Below, in pieces: positions 39,270 to 48,255 of a stretch of DNA of 64,000 nt; within the stretch, counting starts at the first letter, position 1, and every line of letters begins with the position of its first letter. Made by a program: the position numbers and the translations under genes. The notes beneath the pieces are model-generated. The model saw only the letters and a list, made by a program, of their open reading frames with translations. It was not told where the DNA came from and ran no database searches. The stretch comes from Candidatus Bathyarchaeota archaeon (GTDB lineage Archaea; Thermoproteota; Bathyarchaeia; Bathyarchaeales; Bathycorpusculaceae): NCBI GenBank assembly GCA_963826715.1, contig CAWGYA010000007.1, positions 192,001 through 256,000 of the forward strand, written 5' to 3'.

Positions 39270-39525
39270 TTGTGGTCTGATCATAGCTGTTTAGTCAGCT
39301 TTTTCTTGCTTCGTTTCTTTGAAAAGATTCCGACAAATAATCCAATTCTAAAATCTGTGATTCTAAGCATCGCCGCCATAGTCGTTATCGAAGTCCTTTC
39401 AACTTTTGGCAATCCAAGCAATGCCTATGTCTACCTTTTAGTCGACACAGTAATGAACATTCCAAGGATTCTTGCTCTTGGAATAGTCATTTTGCTATCT
39501 ATACAAAAAGCTGTACGGATCAGAG
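39270..39525 (+). pseudogene. Membrane protein remnant
   Basis: FFLLRFFEKIPTNNPILKSVILS...NIPRILALGIVI with a frameshift before YLYKKL; no proper 5' end. Confidence 0.5.
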
Positions 39526-39713
39526 AGTTTACGCCAATCAGACAAGCACTAACTAAATTCAAGATACCACCTATATTGCAGTTTTCAACTCCCTTGTACT
39601 TGCCACAAGGGTAAAAAACCCCAGCGTACCAGGAGTCATCTTTTTTTTATGATGAGGCGTGTAGTGGCTCGGAGACAAGTGTTAAATAAAGGAAAAAGCC
39701 ATAAAGGCAAGTC

Positions 39714-40127
39714 ATGGGCGCCAAAGCTTCAAAGCCAAATTATGCTAGCTTAATTACCAAAATTCTGATAGTTCTGGTCATACTCAACATTGCTGGGGAC
39801 GTTTTAGCTGCGGCGTTTTTTCTGTCGGACCCTTCCTTAGGAGAGTTGTCAGTATACGGCGGTTTGATTGCAAGTTTTTCGGGACAAAATGGTGCCGTTA
39901 TGATAACAAGCGCCATTCTTTTAGGCTACGCGGTGGTTTACGCTGTTTCTGTTTTTGGGTTGTTAAGTAAATTAAAGTGGGCACCGCTTCTGGTTATTGC
40001 AGTTTCGGTAGTGAATCGTGTGCTTGCGCTGGGGGTTATTTTTGAGCCAAACGTTGCTTGGCTAATCTGGTCAGCATGGAAACTTGTCATAATAGCTTTA
40101 GCTTTCTATCTTTGGCGCAAAACGTAA
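39714..40127 (+). CDS. Small 4-TM membrane protein
   Basis: 137 aa, four hydrophobic segments. Confidence 0.7.
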   Translation: MGAKASKPNYASLITKILIVLVILNIAGDVLAAAFFLSDPSLGELSVYGGLIASFSGQNGAVMITSAILLGYAVVYAVSVFGLLSKLKWAPLLVIAVSVVNRVLALGVIFEPNVAWLIWSAWKLVIIALAFYLWRKT

Positions 40128-40129
40128 TC

Positions 40130-40320
40130 AACTCTTGGGAGGTCGTGATACTAAGCTTCGTCGCTATGGGCATTGTCTTTCCCTTGCTCGGATTTGCAGC
40201 AAGCCTTACGAATGATGCCTTGCATATCTTCCTCCATCGCGTACGTTTAACATACCAAGGTTTCTCTTTGCAGGAGTAGTTATTGGATATCTATACAAAA
40301 GGCTGTTCGGATCAGCTTAA
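40130..40320 (+). pseudogene. Second remnant paralogous to 39270-39525
   Basis: VILSFVA..., frameshift, then FNIPRFLFAGVVIGYLYKRLFGSA*. Confidence 0.5.
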
Positions 40321-40577
40321 TTTGGGTCTGGTTTTGAACCTGTTTGAGTATGCCCCCGGCGGATCCATCAAACTCCAATACTCCAGGTGGTTTTTATTGT
40401 GGAACTTAAACGTGGAAGTAAATCTTACACCTCGAGCAATTTAATTTAGGTCTTAATGCCATTCATAATACTGAATTTGTCAAATAGAAATCGCGCTTTG
40501 TTTATGCGATATTGGCTTTTTTTGGGGTTGTTACTTTTATATAGTCTCTACGCATATTTTGCCTTACGGTAATAAAT

Positions 40578-43500
40578 TTGACTGCCCCCGCCATAGCTGA
40601 GCAAAACCAGAATCTGCCACCAAATTACACCCCGCTTGAACTTGAAAAAGAAATCCGCGAATTCTGGACTGAAAACATTATACGTGAAAAACTCGAGCAG
40701 ATTCAAAATTCATCAACCATTAAAGGCACACTCGGATATGTTGAAGGTCCACCCACCCTCAATGGTATCCCTCATATTGGACACGCTCGTGGACGCATTA
40801 TGAAGGATATCCGTTACCGTTGGAAAACTATGGAAGGTTACTACATGCCTTTTTGGGCAGGTTGGGATTGTCAAGGCTTGCCTGTGGAATTGGAAGTCGA
40901 GAAACTTTTAGGTGTACGCAACAAGAGGGAATCCATCGAAAAATATGGCATGGAACGTTTCATAGAAGAATGCAAAAAAGCAATTATGCGATATCATGTG
41001 ATGTGGCTTACCGCTGACAGTAAACTAGGGATCGCTATAAACCAAGAGAAAGCGTATTGGACCTACAAGGACAGTTACATCGAACGAGAATGGCAAATCC
41101 TAAAACGCGCTTGGGAACAGGAGCTTCTCGAAGAAGGGCATTATGTTGTAGCATACTGTCCAGGCTGCCAAACCAGCCTTAGTAGCGCCGAAGTTGGCTA
41201 CGAAGGAAGCTACAAGGAGATCGAAGATCCCTCATTATATTTCAAATTCAAAGTGTCCGGTACTATGAACGAGTTTTTCCTTGTCTGGACAACAATGCCC
41301 TTTACAGTTATTACCGACACAATGCTTGCGGTTCAGCCAAACGCCGAATACGTTAAGGTCAAAGTCGGAGACGAAATTTGGATAATGGTTCGTCAACGCG
41401 TGGAACCACTAATGGCTGAAATGGAAATTCAAAACTACCAAATTACCCAAACTATGACAGGGAAAAGTCTTGAAGGAACAGCTTATGATTACCCCCTCAA
41501 AGATATGATCCCAAAGCAAGCAGAACTTGAAACTAAGCATCCACTTGTCCATCACGTCATCGGTGAAGACTTCGTGGATGTAGACACAGCCACAGGTATT
41601 GTGCATCTTTCCCCGGGCAACGGCGAAGACGACTTCTGGGCAGCCCAGCGCAGAGGAGTGCCAATCTTTGCTCCATATGATGACGAAGTCAAATTCACAG
41701 ATGACGCTGGATTATTCACCGGCGTTTTCGCTAGGGATGCGGACATGCTTGTGGTTGAGGAATTGCGCAACCGCAACTCCTTTGTCAAAATTAAAAAAAT
41801 CAAACATGAGTACCCAACCTGTTGGCGAAGCCATCACAAACTGGTTTGGATTGCACGAAAAGAATACTTCCTACGCACGGACAAAATCAACAAGAAAGTG
41901 CTCCAGTCAGCCGAGCAAGTCAACTACTATTATGATGAACCTAAAAACCGCTTCTTAGGTTTTCTCAAAGAGGGCAAGCCATGGTGTATTAGCCGCGAAC
42001 GCATCTGGGGAACTCCGATACCGATATGGAAGTGCGAGACATGCGGCGAAAAACGCCTATTGGGAAGCAAAAAAGAACTGATTTCATTGGCGCAGGAACC
42101 GATTCCGGAAGATTTTGAACTTCATAAGCCCTGGGTAGACCGTATTACTCTGAAATGCCCAAAATGCGATGGCGTCATGCGGCGAGAAGACTTTGTGCTC
42201 GACACCTGGCATAACAGCGGAGCTTCCCCATATGCACGCTTCACCGACGAGGAAGTTGCGGAGTTTGTGCCAACAGCATTCTTAACCGAGGGCATAGATC
42301 AGACAAGAGGTTGGGCAAACTCACTTTTGCTTGAATGGGTAATCTTAACGGGGAAACCCCAGTCGCCATACAAGGCATTTCTATTTCAGGGGTTAACCCA
42401 GGATGCAAGAGGCAGAAAAATGAGCAAAAGCCTTGGCAATGTAATTGAAACCAACAAGCTGCTTGAAAATAACAGTGCGGATCTCTGTCGCTTTTACATG
42501 ATGCGAAAGTGTTCACCTGTAGATTTCATGAGTTTTGATTTACAGGAACTCAACCGTAGAAGCTATCAGGTGCTATCAACGCTTTATCATTTAAATCGCT
42601 TTTTTATTGATAACGCAACTTTTGACGAATTCCAGCCTTCTAAATACACTTTGAAATGGGCACTTTGTTCGAAACGTGTTGAGGCCGCGGATCTCTGGAT
42701 GCTTTCAAAGCTTCAGGAAAAAATCGAAGACTACACTTCTAAGTTAGAGTGTTGTGAATTCAATTCTGCCGTGGCGGTTTTGGAGGATTTCGTCATCGAA
42801 ACGCTTAGCCGACTTTATGTGCCCATGGTTCGAAAGGAGCTCTGGACCGATGACCCAGAAACCTTTGAACGTCGTCAAACTATCTATGCTTTGCTGCATC
42901 ATGTTTTAAAAACGGTAACGTTGTTGTTTAACCCTATTACACCATTTCTCAGTGAAGCTCTCTACCAAAAAGTATACCGCAAGTTGGAGCCAAGTTTGCC
43001 TGAATCTGTAAACTTGGCAGTTTGGCCAACGGTTAACAATGACATCCGTGACAAAACCCTTGAAGAAAAATTTGATGTATTATTCAAAGTTGTGTCAATT
43101 TCTTATGCTGCACGTCAGCAAGGCAAACTTAAGCGACGTTGGCCTCTAAGCAAAATTCTCGTGGTCGCACCCGAAAAAATCATTATTGCCCTCAAAAGTC
43201 TTGAGGTTCTGCTTCTGGAGCAAACAAACGTGAAATCCGCTGATTATACTATATCAGTTCCCGAGTTTGTTGGCGGCGAAAATTGGGTCTTTAGCCAAGA
43301 AGATGACATAACAGTATTTGTTAGTGGACAACGCGACGAAACATTGCTAGGTGAAGGTATCATGAGGGATTTAGCTCGTCGAGTTCAGGCGCTACGTAAA
43401 GAGATGGGTTTTGTGCCTACTGAAGTTTTGGAATCAGTACATATCTCCGAATTGGATACCGAGAGTGTAGGGTTGTTGCAGCCGTATCTTGTGGAGATGG

Positions 43501-43613
43501 CTGGGCTTGTTCGTGCTCGAAAGGTATATCTCCATGTTAATCGAAGCGAAATTGAAACAGATTGGCATCAATCCGAATTGGATGGCAAAAAAATCTTTAT
43601 CAACATCCACTAG
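40578..43613 (+). CDS. ileS: Isoleucine--tRNA ligase (archaeal/IleRS2 type)
   Basis: EGPPTLNGIPHIGH, GWDCQGLPVE, WTTMP, WCISRERIWG, EGIDQTRGW and KMSKS motifs. Confidence 0.96.
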   Translation: MTAPAIAEQNQNLPPNYTPLELEKEIREFWTENIIREKLEQIQNSSTIKGTLGYVEGPPTLNGIPHIGHARGRIMKDIRYRWKTMEGYYMPFWAGWDCQGLPVELEVEKLLGVRNKRESIEKYGMERFIEECKKAIMRYHVMWLTADSKLGIAINQEKAYWTYKDSYIEREWQILKRAWEQELLEEGHYVVAYCPGCQTSLSSAEVGYEGSYKEIEDPSLYFKFKVSGTMNEFFLVWTTMPFTVITDTMLAVQPNAEYVKVKVGDEIWIMVRQRVEPLMAEMEIQNYQITQTMTGKSLEGTAYDYPLKDMIPKQAELETKHPLVHHVIGEDFVDVDTATGIVHLSPGNGEDDFWAAQRRGVPIFAPYDDEVKFTDDAGLFTGVFARDADMLVVEELRNRNSFVKIKKIKHEYPTCWRSHHKLVWIARKEYFLRTDKINKKVLQSAEQVNYYYDEPKNRFLGFLKEGKPWCISRERIWGTPIPIWKCETCGEKRLLGSKKELISLAQEPIPEDFELHKPWVDRITLKCPKCDGVMRREDFVLDTWHNSGASPYARFTDEEVAEFVPTAFLTEGIDQTRGWANSLLLEWVILTGKPQSPYKAFLFQGLTQDARGRKMSKSLGNVIETNKLLENNSADLCRFYMMRKCSPVDFMSFDLQELNRRSYQVLSTLYHLNRFFIDNATFDEFQPSKYTLKWALCSKRVEAADLWMLSKLQEKIEDYTSKLECCEFNSAVAVLEDFVIETLSRLYVPMVRKELWTDDPETFERRQTIYALLHHVLKTVTLLFNPITPFLSEALYQKVYRKLEPSLPESVNLAVWPTVNNDIRDKTLEEKFDVLFKVVSISYAARQQGKLKRRWPLSKILVVAPEKIIIALKSLEVLLLEQTNVKSADYTISVPEFVGGENWVFSQEDDITVFVSGQRDETLLGEGIMRDLARRVQALRKEMGFVPTEVLESVHISELDTESVGLLQPYLVEMAGLVRARKVYLHVNRSEIETDWHQSELDGKKIFINIH

Positions 43614-43621
43614 GGAAGACT

Positions 43622-43795
43622 ATGACCGAGCAAAACAGGAAACACTATCAAAAATGTCCATATTGCAACTGCATTTTTTTTACGCAGGTAGACCTTCAAA
43701 AACACCTAAGTGTATTTAGTGAATCCAAGGGACAGCATGAATATCTCTACAGCAAAACCCATGGCAGACTAGAACGTGGTTATGGCAACGAATAG
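43622..43795 (+). CDS. Small C2H2-like zinc finger protein
   Basis: CPYC..F...DLQKH; starts 8 nt after the ileS stop. Confidence 0.55.
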   Translation: MTEQNRKHYQKCPYCNCIFFTQVDLQKHLSVFSESKGQHEYLYSKTHGRLERGYGNE

Positions 43796-44146
43796 CCCTG
43801 CTCTTTTACGATTTTTTTTAAATTCCTATTCTGGGTAACCAGATTAAAAACACTTCGTTGTCATTTTTTCTTAATCAAATTTAAATTCTGCTTGCTCCTC
43901 AAAAAATGATGACTTTTTATTCCTTTAAAAAATAGTTTTCCGAAACCTTAAATTCCTTTAACTCCCAAAACTACTTGTGGCAGAAGCGAAGAAATCAGTC
44001 TTGATAATATGAACAGGAACTTTGATCAATGACTTTAGCTAACAAAAACCCTATTGCGATAAACCGAAAAATTCACCCATTGAACAGCGGGATAAATAAA
44101 AAAAATAGCGCACATAGCCACAAAAACATTTTCGATGTGAAGGCAA

Positions 44147-46075
44147 ATGGTTATTGAAAGTTTAAACTGGATGGCAGGCGGACCACAAGGCAGCGGAGTC
44201 GATACAGCATCCAACATATTTGGAAGAGCCTGCGGATACGGCGGACTTTACGTCTTTGGTAGAAGAGAATATCACTCAAACATCAAAACAATGCATAGCT
44301 ATTTCCACCAAAGAATCTCCAAGCAGCCTACTTTAGCTAACATCAGTGACGTGAATTTGCTAGCTGCGTTTGATGCAGAAACTGTGGTTAGGCATGTTGG
44401 TGAAGTCGTGAATGAAGGCGGCGTTATCGTGGATTCCCAGTTTCTTGATGCAAACGCTTTAGGCATAATTACTTTCTCTGAGGAATACAAAAACACCGTT
44501 CGTCAATTTATCAAAAACAATAACGTTAGTGGCGAAACAATCAATGATTTTCTTAATTGGGCTAAACAGAAAAATATCCAAATTTTCCCAGTTCCATATA
44601 TGGAACTTTTAAAGCAAGTCGGAGAAAAGCTAAAAATAGAAAAAATTAGCCTACTATCAAAAATGATTAATGTTCTAGCAATCGGCGTATCTTTTGCGCT
44701 TTTAAAGTATGACCGAAAACTCGTTGAAGACGCCATCAAAGCAACCTTCAACGAAAAAATTGCTGCCATGAATGTAACCGCAGTAAATGTGGCGTACGAT
44801 TTCACAGAAAAAAACTTCAACGTAAACAACTTTAAACACAAACTAGAAAAACAGCCTACAAATGAAACACGGATTTTCCTAACAGGAAACCAAGCAGTGG
44901 CCATGGGTAAAGTTTTGGGTGGTTGTAGAGTTCAAACATATTACCCAATTACGCCAGCAGCGGACGAGAGCGAATACTTGGAGGCCCATGAAATTCTGAA
45001 AACAACAAAAGGTAGTCAAGAAGCTATAATTGTGCTGCAAACTGAAGACGAAATCGCTGCTATTAACTCAGCGTCAGGCGCATGCCTCGCTGGGGCAAGA
45101 GCTGCCACTAGTACCTCTGGACCTGGTTTCTCTTTGATGGCTGAAGGATTGGGCTGGGCAGGTAATAACGAAGTTCCAGTGGTTGTCACACTTTATCAGC
45201 GAGGTGGACCCGCAACTGGGCAACCGACACGGCATAGCCAGCAAGATCTTCGATTTGCGATGCATGCTGCACATGGGGAGTTCTCAAGAATTATTGTTGC
45301 GTCAGGTGACATAGAAGAATGCTTCTTTGACGCTGCAGGTGTTTTTAATTTGGCTGAGAAATACCAAATGCCAGTTATTCACCTGCTTGACAAAGGAATG
45401 GCGAATTCTTCTCAAACATATCCTATTTTTGACTACAGCGGAGTCAAAATTAACCGCGGCTTAATCGTAGATGAAAAAGACCTTGAAGGCAAAACTTATA
45501 GCCGTTTCCAATTTACCGAATCAGGTGTTTCTCCTAGAGCATTTTTGGGAACAAAGAATGCTATTCAGTGGTATAGCGGTGATGAGCACAATGAAATGGG
45601 TAACATTAACGAGGAACCTGAAAATCGGCGGAAGATGATGGATAAGCGCATCGGAAAACTCGATTTGGTCCAAAAAGAAGTGCCTATTGAGCTCAAATTG
45701 AACGTTTACGGCGATAAAGACTCAGAGAATATAATTGTTAGTTGGGGTTCGCCTAAGGGTGCAATAATCGAAGCGTTAAATCAGCTTAAAGAAGAGGGTT
45801 ATAGTTTGGGTTTCATCCAAGTACGGATGGTGTTTCCACTTCCCTCTACCTACCTAAACAAAGCGCTTATGGGTAAAACTAGAATAATTGACATCGAAGA
45901 CAATCACAATGCCCAGCTCGCAGGCGTAATCACCCAATATGCACTGATTAAACCAAATTACTACATTCTCAAATATTCTGGGCGTCCCATGACAGTTACT
46001 GAAGTTTATAACGCCCTCAAGGCGATTTTAGATGACAAAGCAGCCGAAAGGCAGGTACTCAACAATGGCGCATAA
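44147..46075 (+). CDS. korA: 2-oxoacid:ferredoxin oxidoreductase subunit alpha (gamma-alpha fusion)
   Basis: GGPQGSG, YYPITPA, EDEIAA, TSGPGFSLM and QRGGPATG motifs; substrate specificity not determinable. Confidence 0.9.
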   Translation: MVIESLNWMAGGPQGSGVDTASNIFGRACGYGGLYVFGRREYHSNIKTMHSYFHQRISKQPTLANISDVNLLAAFDAETVVRHVGEVVNEGGVIVDSQFLDANALGIITFSEEYKNTVRQFIKNNNVSGETINDFLNWAKQKNIQIFPVPYMELLKQVGEKLKIEKISLLSKMINVLAIGVSFALLKYDRKLVEDAIKATFNEKIAAMNVTAVNVAYDFTEKNFNVNNFKHKLEKQPTNETRIFLTGNQAVAMGKVLGGCRVQTYYPITPAADESEYLEAHEILKTTKGSQEAIIVLQTEDEIAAINSASGACLAGARAATSTSGPGFSLMAEGLGWAGNNEVPVVVTLYQRGGPATGQPTRHSQQDLRFAMHAAHGEFSRIIVASGDIEECFFDAAGVFNLAEKYQMPVIHLLDKGMANSSQTYPIFDYSGVKINRGLIVDEKDLEGKTYSRFQFTESGVSPRAFLGTKNAIQWYSGDEHNEMGNINEEPENRRKMMDKRIGKLDLVQKEVPIELKLNVYGDKDSENIIVSWGSPKGAIIEALNQLKEEGYSLGFIQVRMVFPLPSTYLNKALMGKTRIIDIEDNHNAQLAGVITQYALIKPNYYILKYSGRPMTVTEVYNALKAILDDKAAERQVLNNGA

Positions 46076-47030
46076 ACCCTCAGAATATAAAACAGACGTG
46101 TACGTGGATTGGTGCCCAGGATGCGGCAACCACGGTATAGTTTCTGCGGTGCAGATGGCTCTTGACGAGATGGCTCTGGAACCCCATAACGTCGTAGTGG
46201 TTTCAGGAGTCGGCAATGCCTCCAAACTCCCTCACTTTGTTAAAGTCAATGGCGTCCATACTCTTCATGGTAGACTCTTGCCCTTTGCCATGGGAATTAA
46301 GATGGCTAATCCCAACCTTGAAGTAATAGGAGTGGGGGGCGATGGAGATGGCTTAGGTATAGGTGCGGGGCACTTTGTAAATGCTGGTAGAAGAAACATC
46401 GATATGGCCTATATTATCCATAACAACGGCGTTTATGGTTTAACCAAAGGTCAGGCTTCGCCAACGCTTCACCTTGGAGAGCAAACCAAAGGGTTGCCTA
46501 AACCCAACATAAACGAAGCTGTCAATATTGTTTCACTCGCCATAATTTCAGGCTTTACCTTCGTAGCACGTTCGTATGCATTTGACATTGTTCACCTAAA
46601 AAACATGATCATTCAGGCAATAAATCACAAAGGTTTAGCAGTAGTTGAATGCCTGCAGCCCTGCCCACCCTACAACAACATAAACACTAAAGATTGGTAT
46701 GCAGGAATGGACCGTATAGACTCCGCTACAAATAAACCACAGCCACGACTCTACAACCTTCAAGATCAAGGCTTCGATCCGCTAGTACATGAAGAAAGCG
46801 AGATTTTCAAAAAGAAAGTCGCTGGCATGGAGAAAGCCCAGGAGTGGGGTGACAAAATCCCCTTAGGTGTCTTCTATCAAAATCCATTTGAATCTACGTT
46901 CCAAGATCGCTTTGTCAAACGCATACCCTTTTACCTGCAGAATCCACCCGCAAAGCAACCTCTCAAGGACGAAACAGGTGCTTCGACTGTGGACCTAAGT
47001 GTATTCATGGATGACCTGAAAACAAGTTAA
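46065..47030 (+). CDS. korB: 2-oxoacid:ferredoxin oxidoreductase subunit beta
   Basis: WCPGCG, HGR, GGDGD, NNGVYGLTKGQASPT and QPC motifs. Confidence 0.9.
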   Translation: MAHKPSEYKTDVYVDWCPGCGNHGIVSAVQMALDEMALEPHNVVVVSGVGNASKLPHFVKVNGVHTLHGRLLPFAMGIKMANPNLEVIGVGGDGDGLGIGAGHFVNAGRRNIDMAYIIHNNGVYGLTKGQASPTLHLGEQTKGLPKPNINEAVNIVSLAIISGFTFVARSYAFDIVHLKNMIIQAINHKGLAVVECLQPCPPYNNINTKDWYAGMDRIDSATNKPQPRLYNLQDQGFDPLVHEESEIFKKKVAGMEKAQEWGDKIPLGVFYQNPFESTFQDRFVKRIPFYLQNPPAKQPLKDETGASTVDLSVFMDDLKTS

Positions 47031-47124
47031 GATAGAAAGAAACTGTGAGGAAGCTTCTCCTTTCTCCTCATCAGACTATTTTCTTCTTGAGCTTATTAAT
47101 CACTATTTCCAATGTCGATATATG

Positions 47125-47487
47125 TCATGGTTCTTCGTCAACATAGCACTCCTGGGTGAAGCGGGGAGTACATACACAATAAAACACCAACTCCTCTTTG
47201 CCAGTGTTAGTAACCTTTTGGGATGTTAATGCTGGGATAATTACTACATCGCCGATAGTTACCTCGGTTGGTTCTAAGTTGCCGATGTAGACCTTTCCTT
47301 TTCCGCTTGTTACAATGTAGATTTCCTGTACATCTTTTATAAGGTGGTGGGCTTTGGTGGTTACCCCGGGTTTTACAGTTGCTCGGGCAATCGACACTTT
47401 TGGGTCACTGTAGTTTTCAGCTATATAACATCTCTCAGGAGTCAAGTATTCGTAAGGTGTTTGGGCTTTTACTATCTTTGGATTCAT
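47125..47487 (-). CDS. Cupin domain protein
   Basis: TKAHH...EIYIVTSGKG...GDVVIIP...Q.V.N cupin motifs. Confidence 0.85.
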   Translation of the reverse strand: MNPKIVKAQTPYEYLTPERCYIAENYSDPKVSIARATVKPGVTTKAHHLIKDVQEIYIVTSGKGKVYIGNLEPTEVTIGDVVIIPALTSQKVTNTGKEELVFYCVCTPRFTQECYVDEEP

Positions 47488-47731
47488 TTTCAAGTTTTTC
47501 TCCAGGCTTTTTGGTATAAGACACTTCTATTTTAAAATAAATACGGGTGATTTGTCTTTAATTATTATAATATTTGCGCAAGCCTTAATCAAAGTGTGTA
47601 TTTGTTCAGATAAGGCTGTTTTTGCGAAAAGGGGTTTTTTCTGCTTTTTTTGTTGTTGCAGTTTTTGTATATTTTTCATGGTGTTGTCTTTGGTATTTAA
47701 TGTTGTATTGTGGTTTTGATGTAAAAATACC

Positions 47732-47787
47732 TTATATAGGCGCTAACTGTAGTGTATGGTTATGCTTGTTGGCACTATGCACATGCA
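47732..47787 (+). promoter_or_regulatory. TATA box followed by candidate NrdR box(es)
   Basis: TTATATA at 47732-47738; GCGCTAACTGTAGTGT (47740-47755) resembles acaCwAtATaTwGtgt; half-site GCACTAT 32 bp further on. Confidence 0.4.
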
Positions 47788-47808
47788 GACCATGAGTATG
47801 AATAATCT

Positions 47809-48255
47809 ATGAGATGCCCTTACTGCAACTCTGAAAATTCAAAAACCCTTGAAACGCGTGACTCTCCAGAGAATACTACGCGCCGCCGCAAAGAATGCAT
47901 CACCTGCGGCAAACGGTACACTACCTACGAATACCTCGAAACGGTCGAACTCATGGTCCGCAAAAAAAATGGTGAACTCCAACGCTTTGACGTTAACAAA
48001 ATCATTCGCGGTTTGCAAAAATCCTGCGAAAAACGCCCTGTAAACATGAACCAAATTAACGAGTTAGCGGATAAAGTGCGCCAGGACCTAATGACTAAAG
48101 GCACCGAAGAAGTCGCTTCAAGGGAAATCGGGGATTTAATCATGAAGCATCTAAAAAAAGTCGACCGCATAGCCTACATACGGTTTGCTTCGGTTTACAA
48201 GCAGTTTGAAGAGCCTGAAGATTTCAGGAAAGTACTCTCGGAAGTGAAGAAATAA
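47809..48255 (+). CDS. nrdR: Transcriptional repressor NrdR
   Basis: MRCPYC, TRRRKECITCGKRYTTYE, ATP cone and AYIRFASVY. Confidence 0.95.
   Translation: MRCPYCNSENSKTLETRDSPENTTRRRKECITCGKRYTTYEYLETVELMVRKKNGELQRFDVNKIIRGLQKSCEKRPVNMNQINELADKVRQDLMTKGTEEVASREIGDLIMKHLKKVDRIAYIRFASVYKQFEEPEDFRKVLSEVKK

Larger units (their letters stand above)
34859..40320. mobile_element. Decayed tRNA-Ser-anchored genomic island
   Basis: Integrase fragment followed by AT-rich DNA with several frameshifted or truncated ORFs. No second att repeat found, so the right boundary is approximate. Confidence 0.55.
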
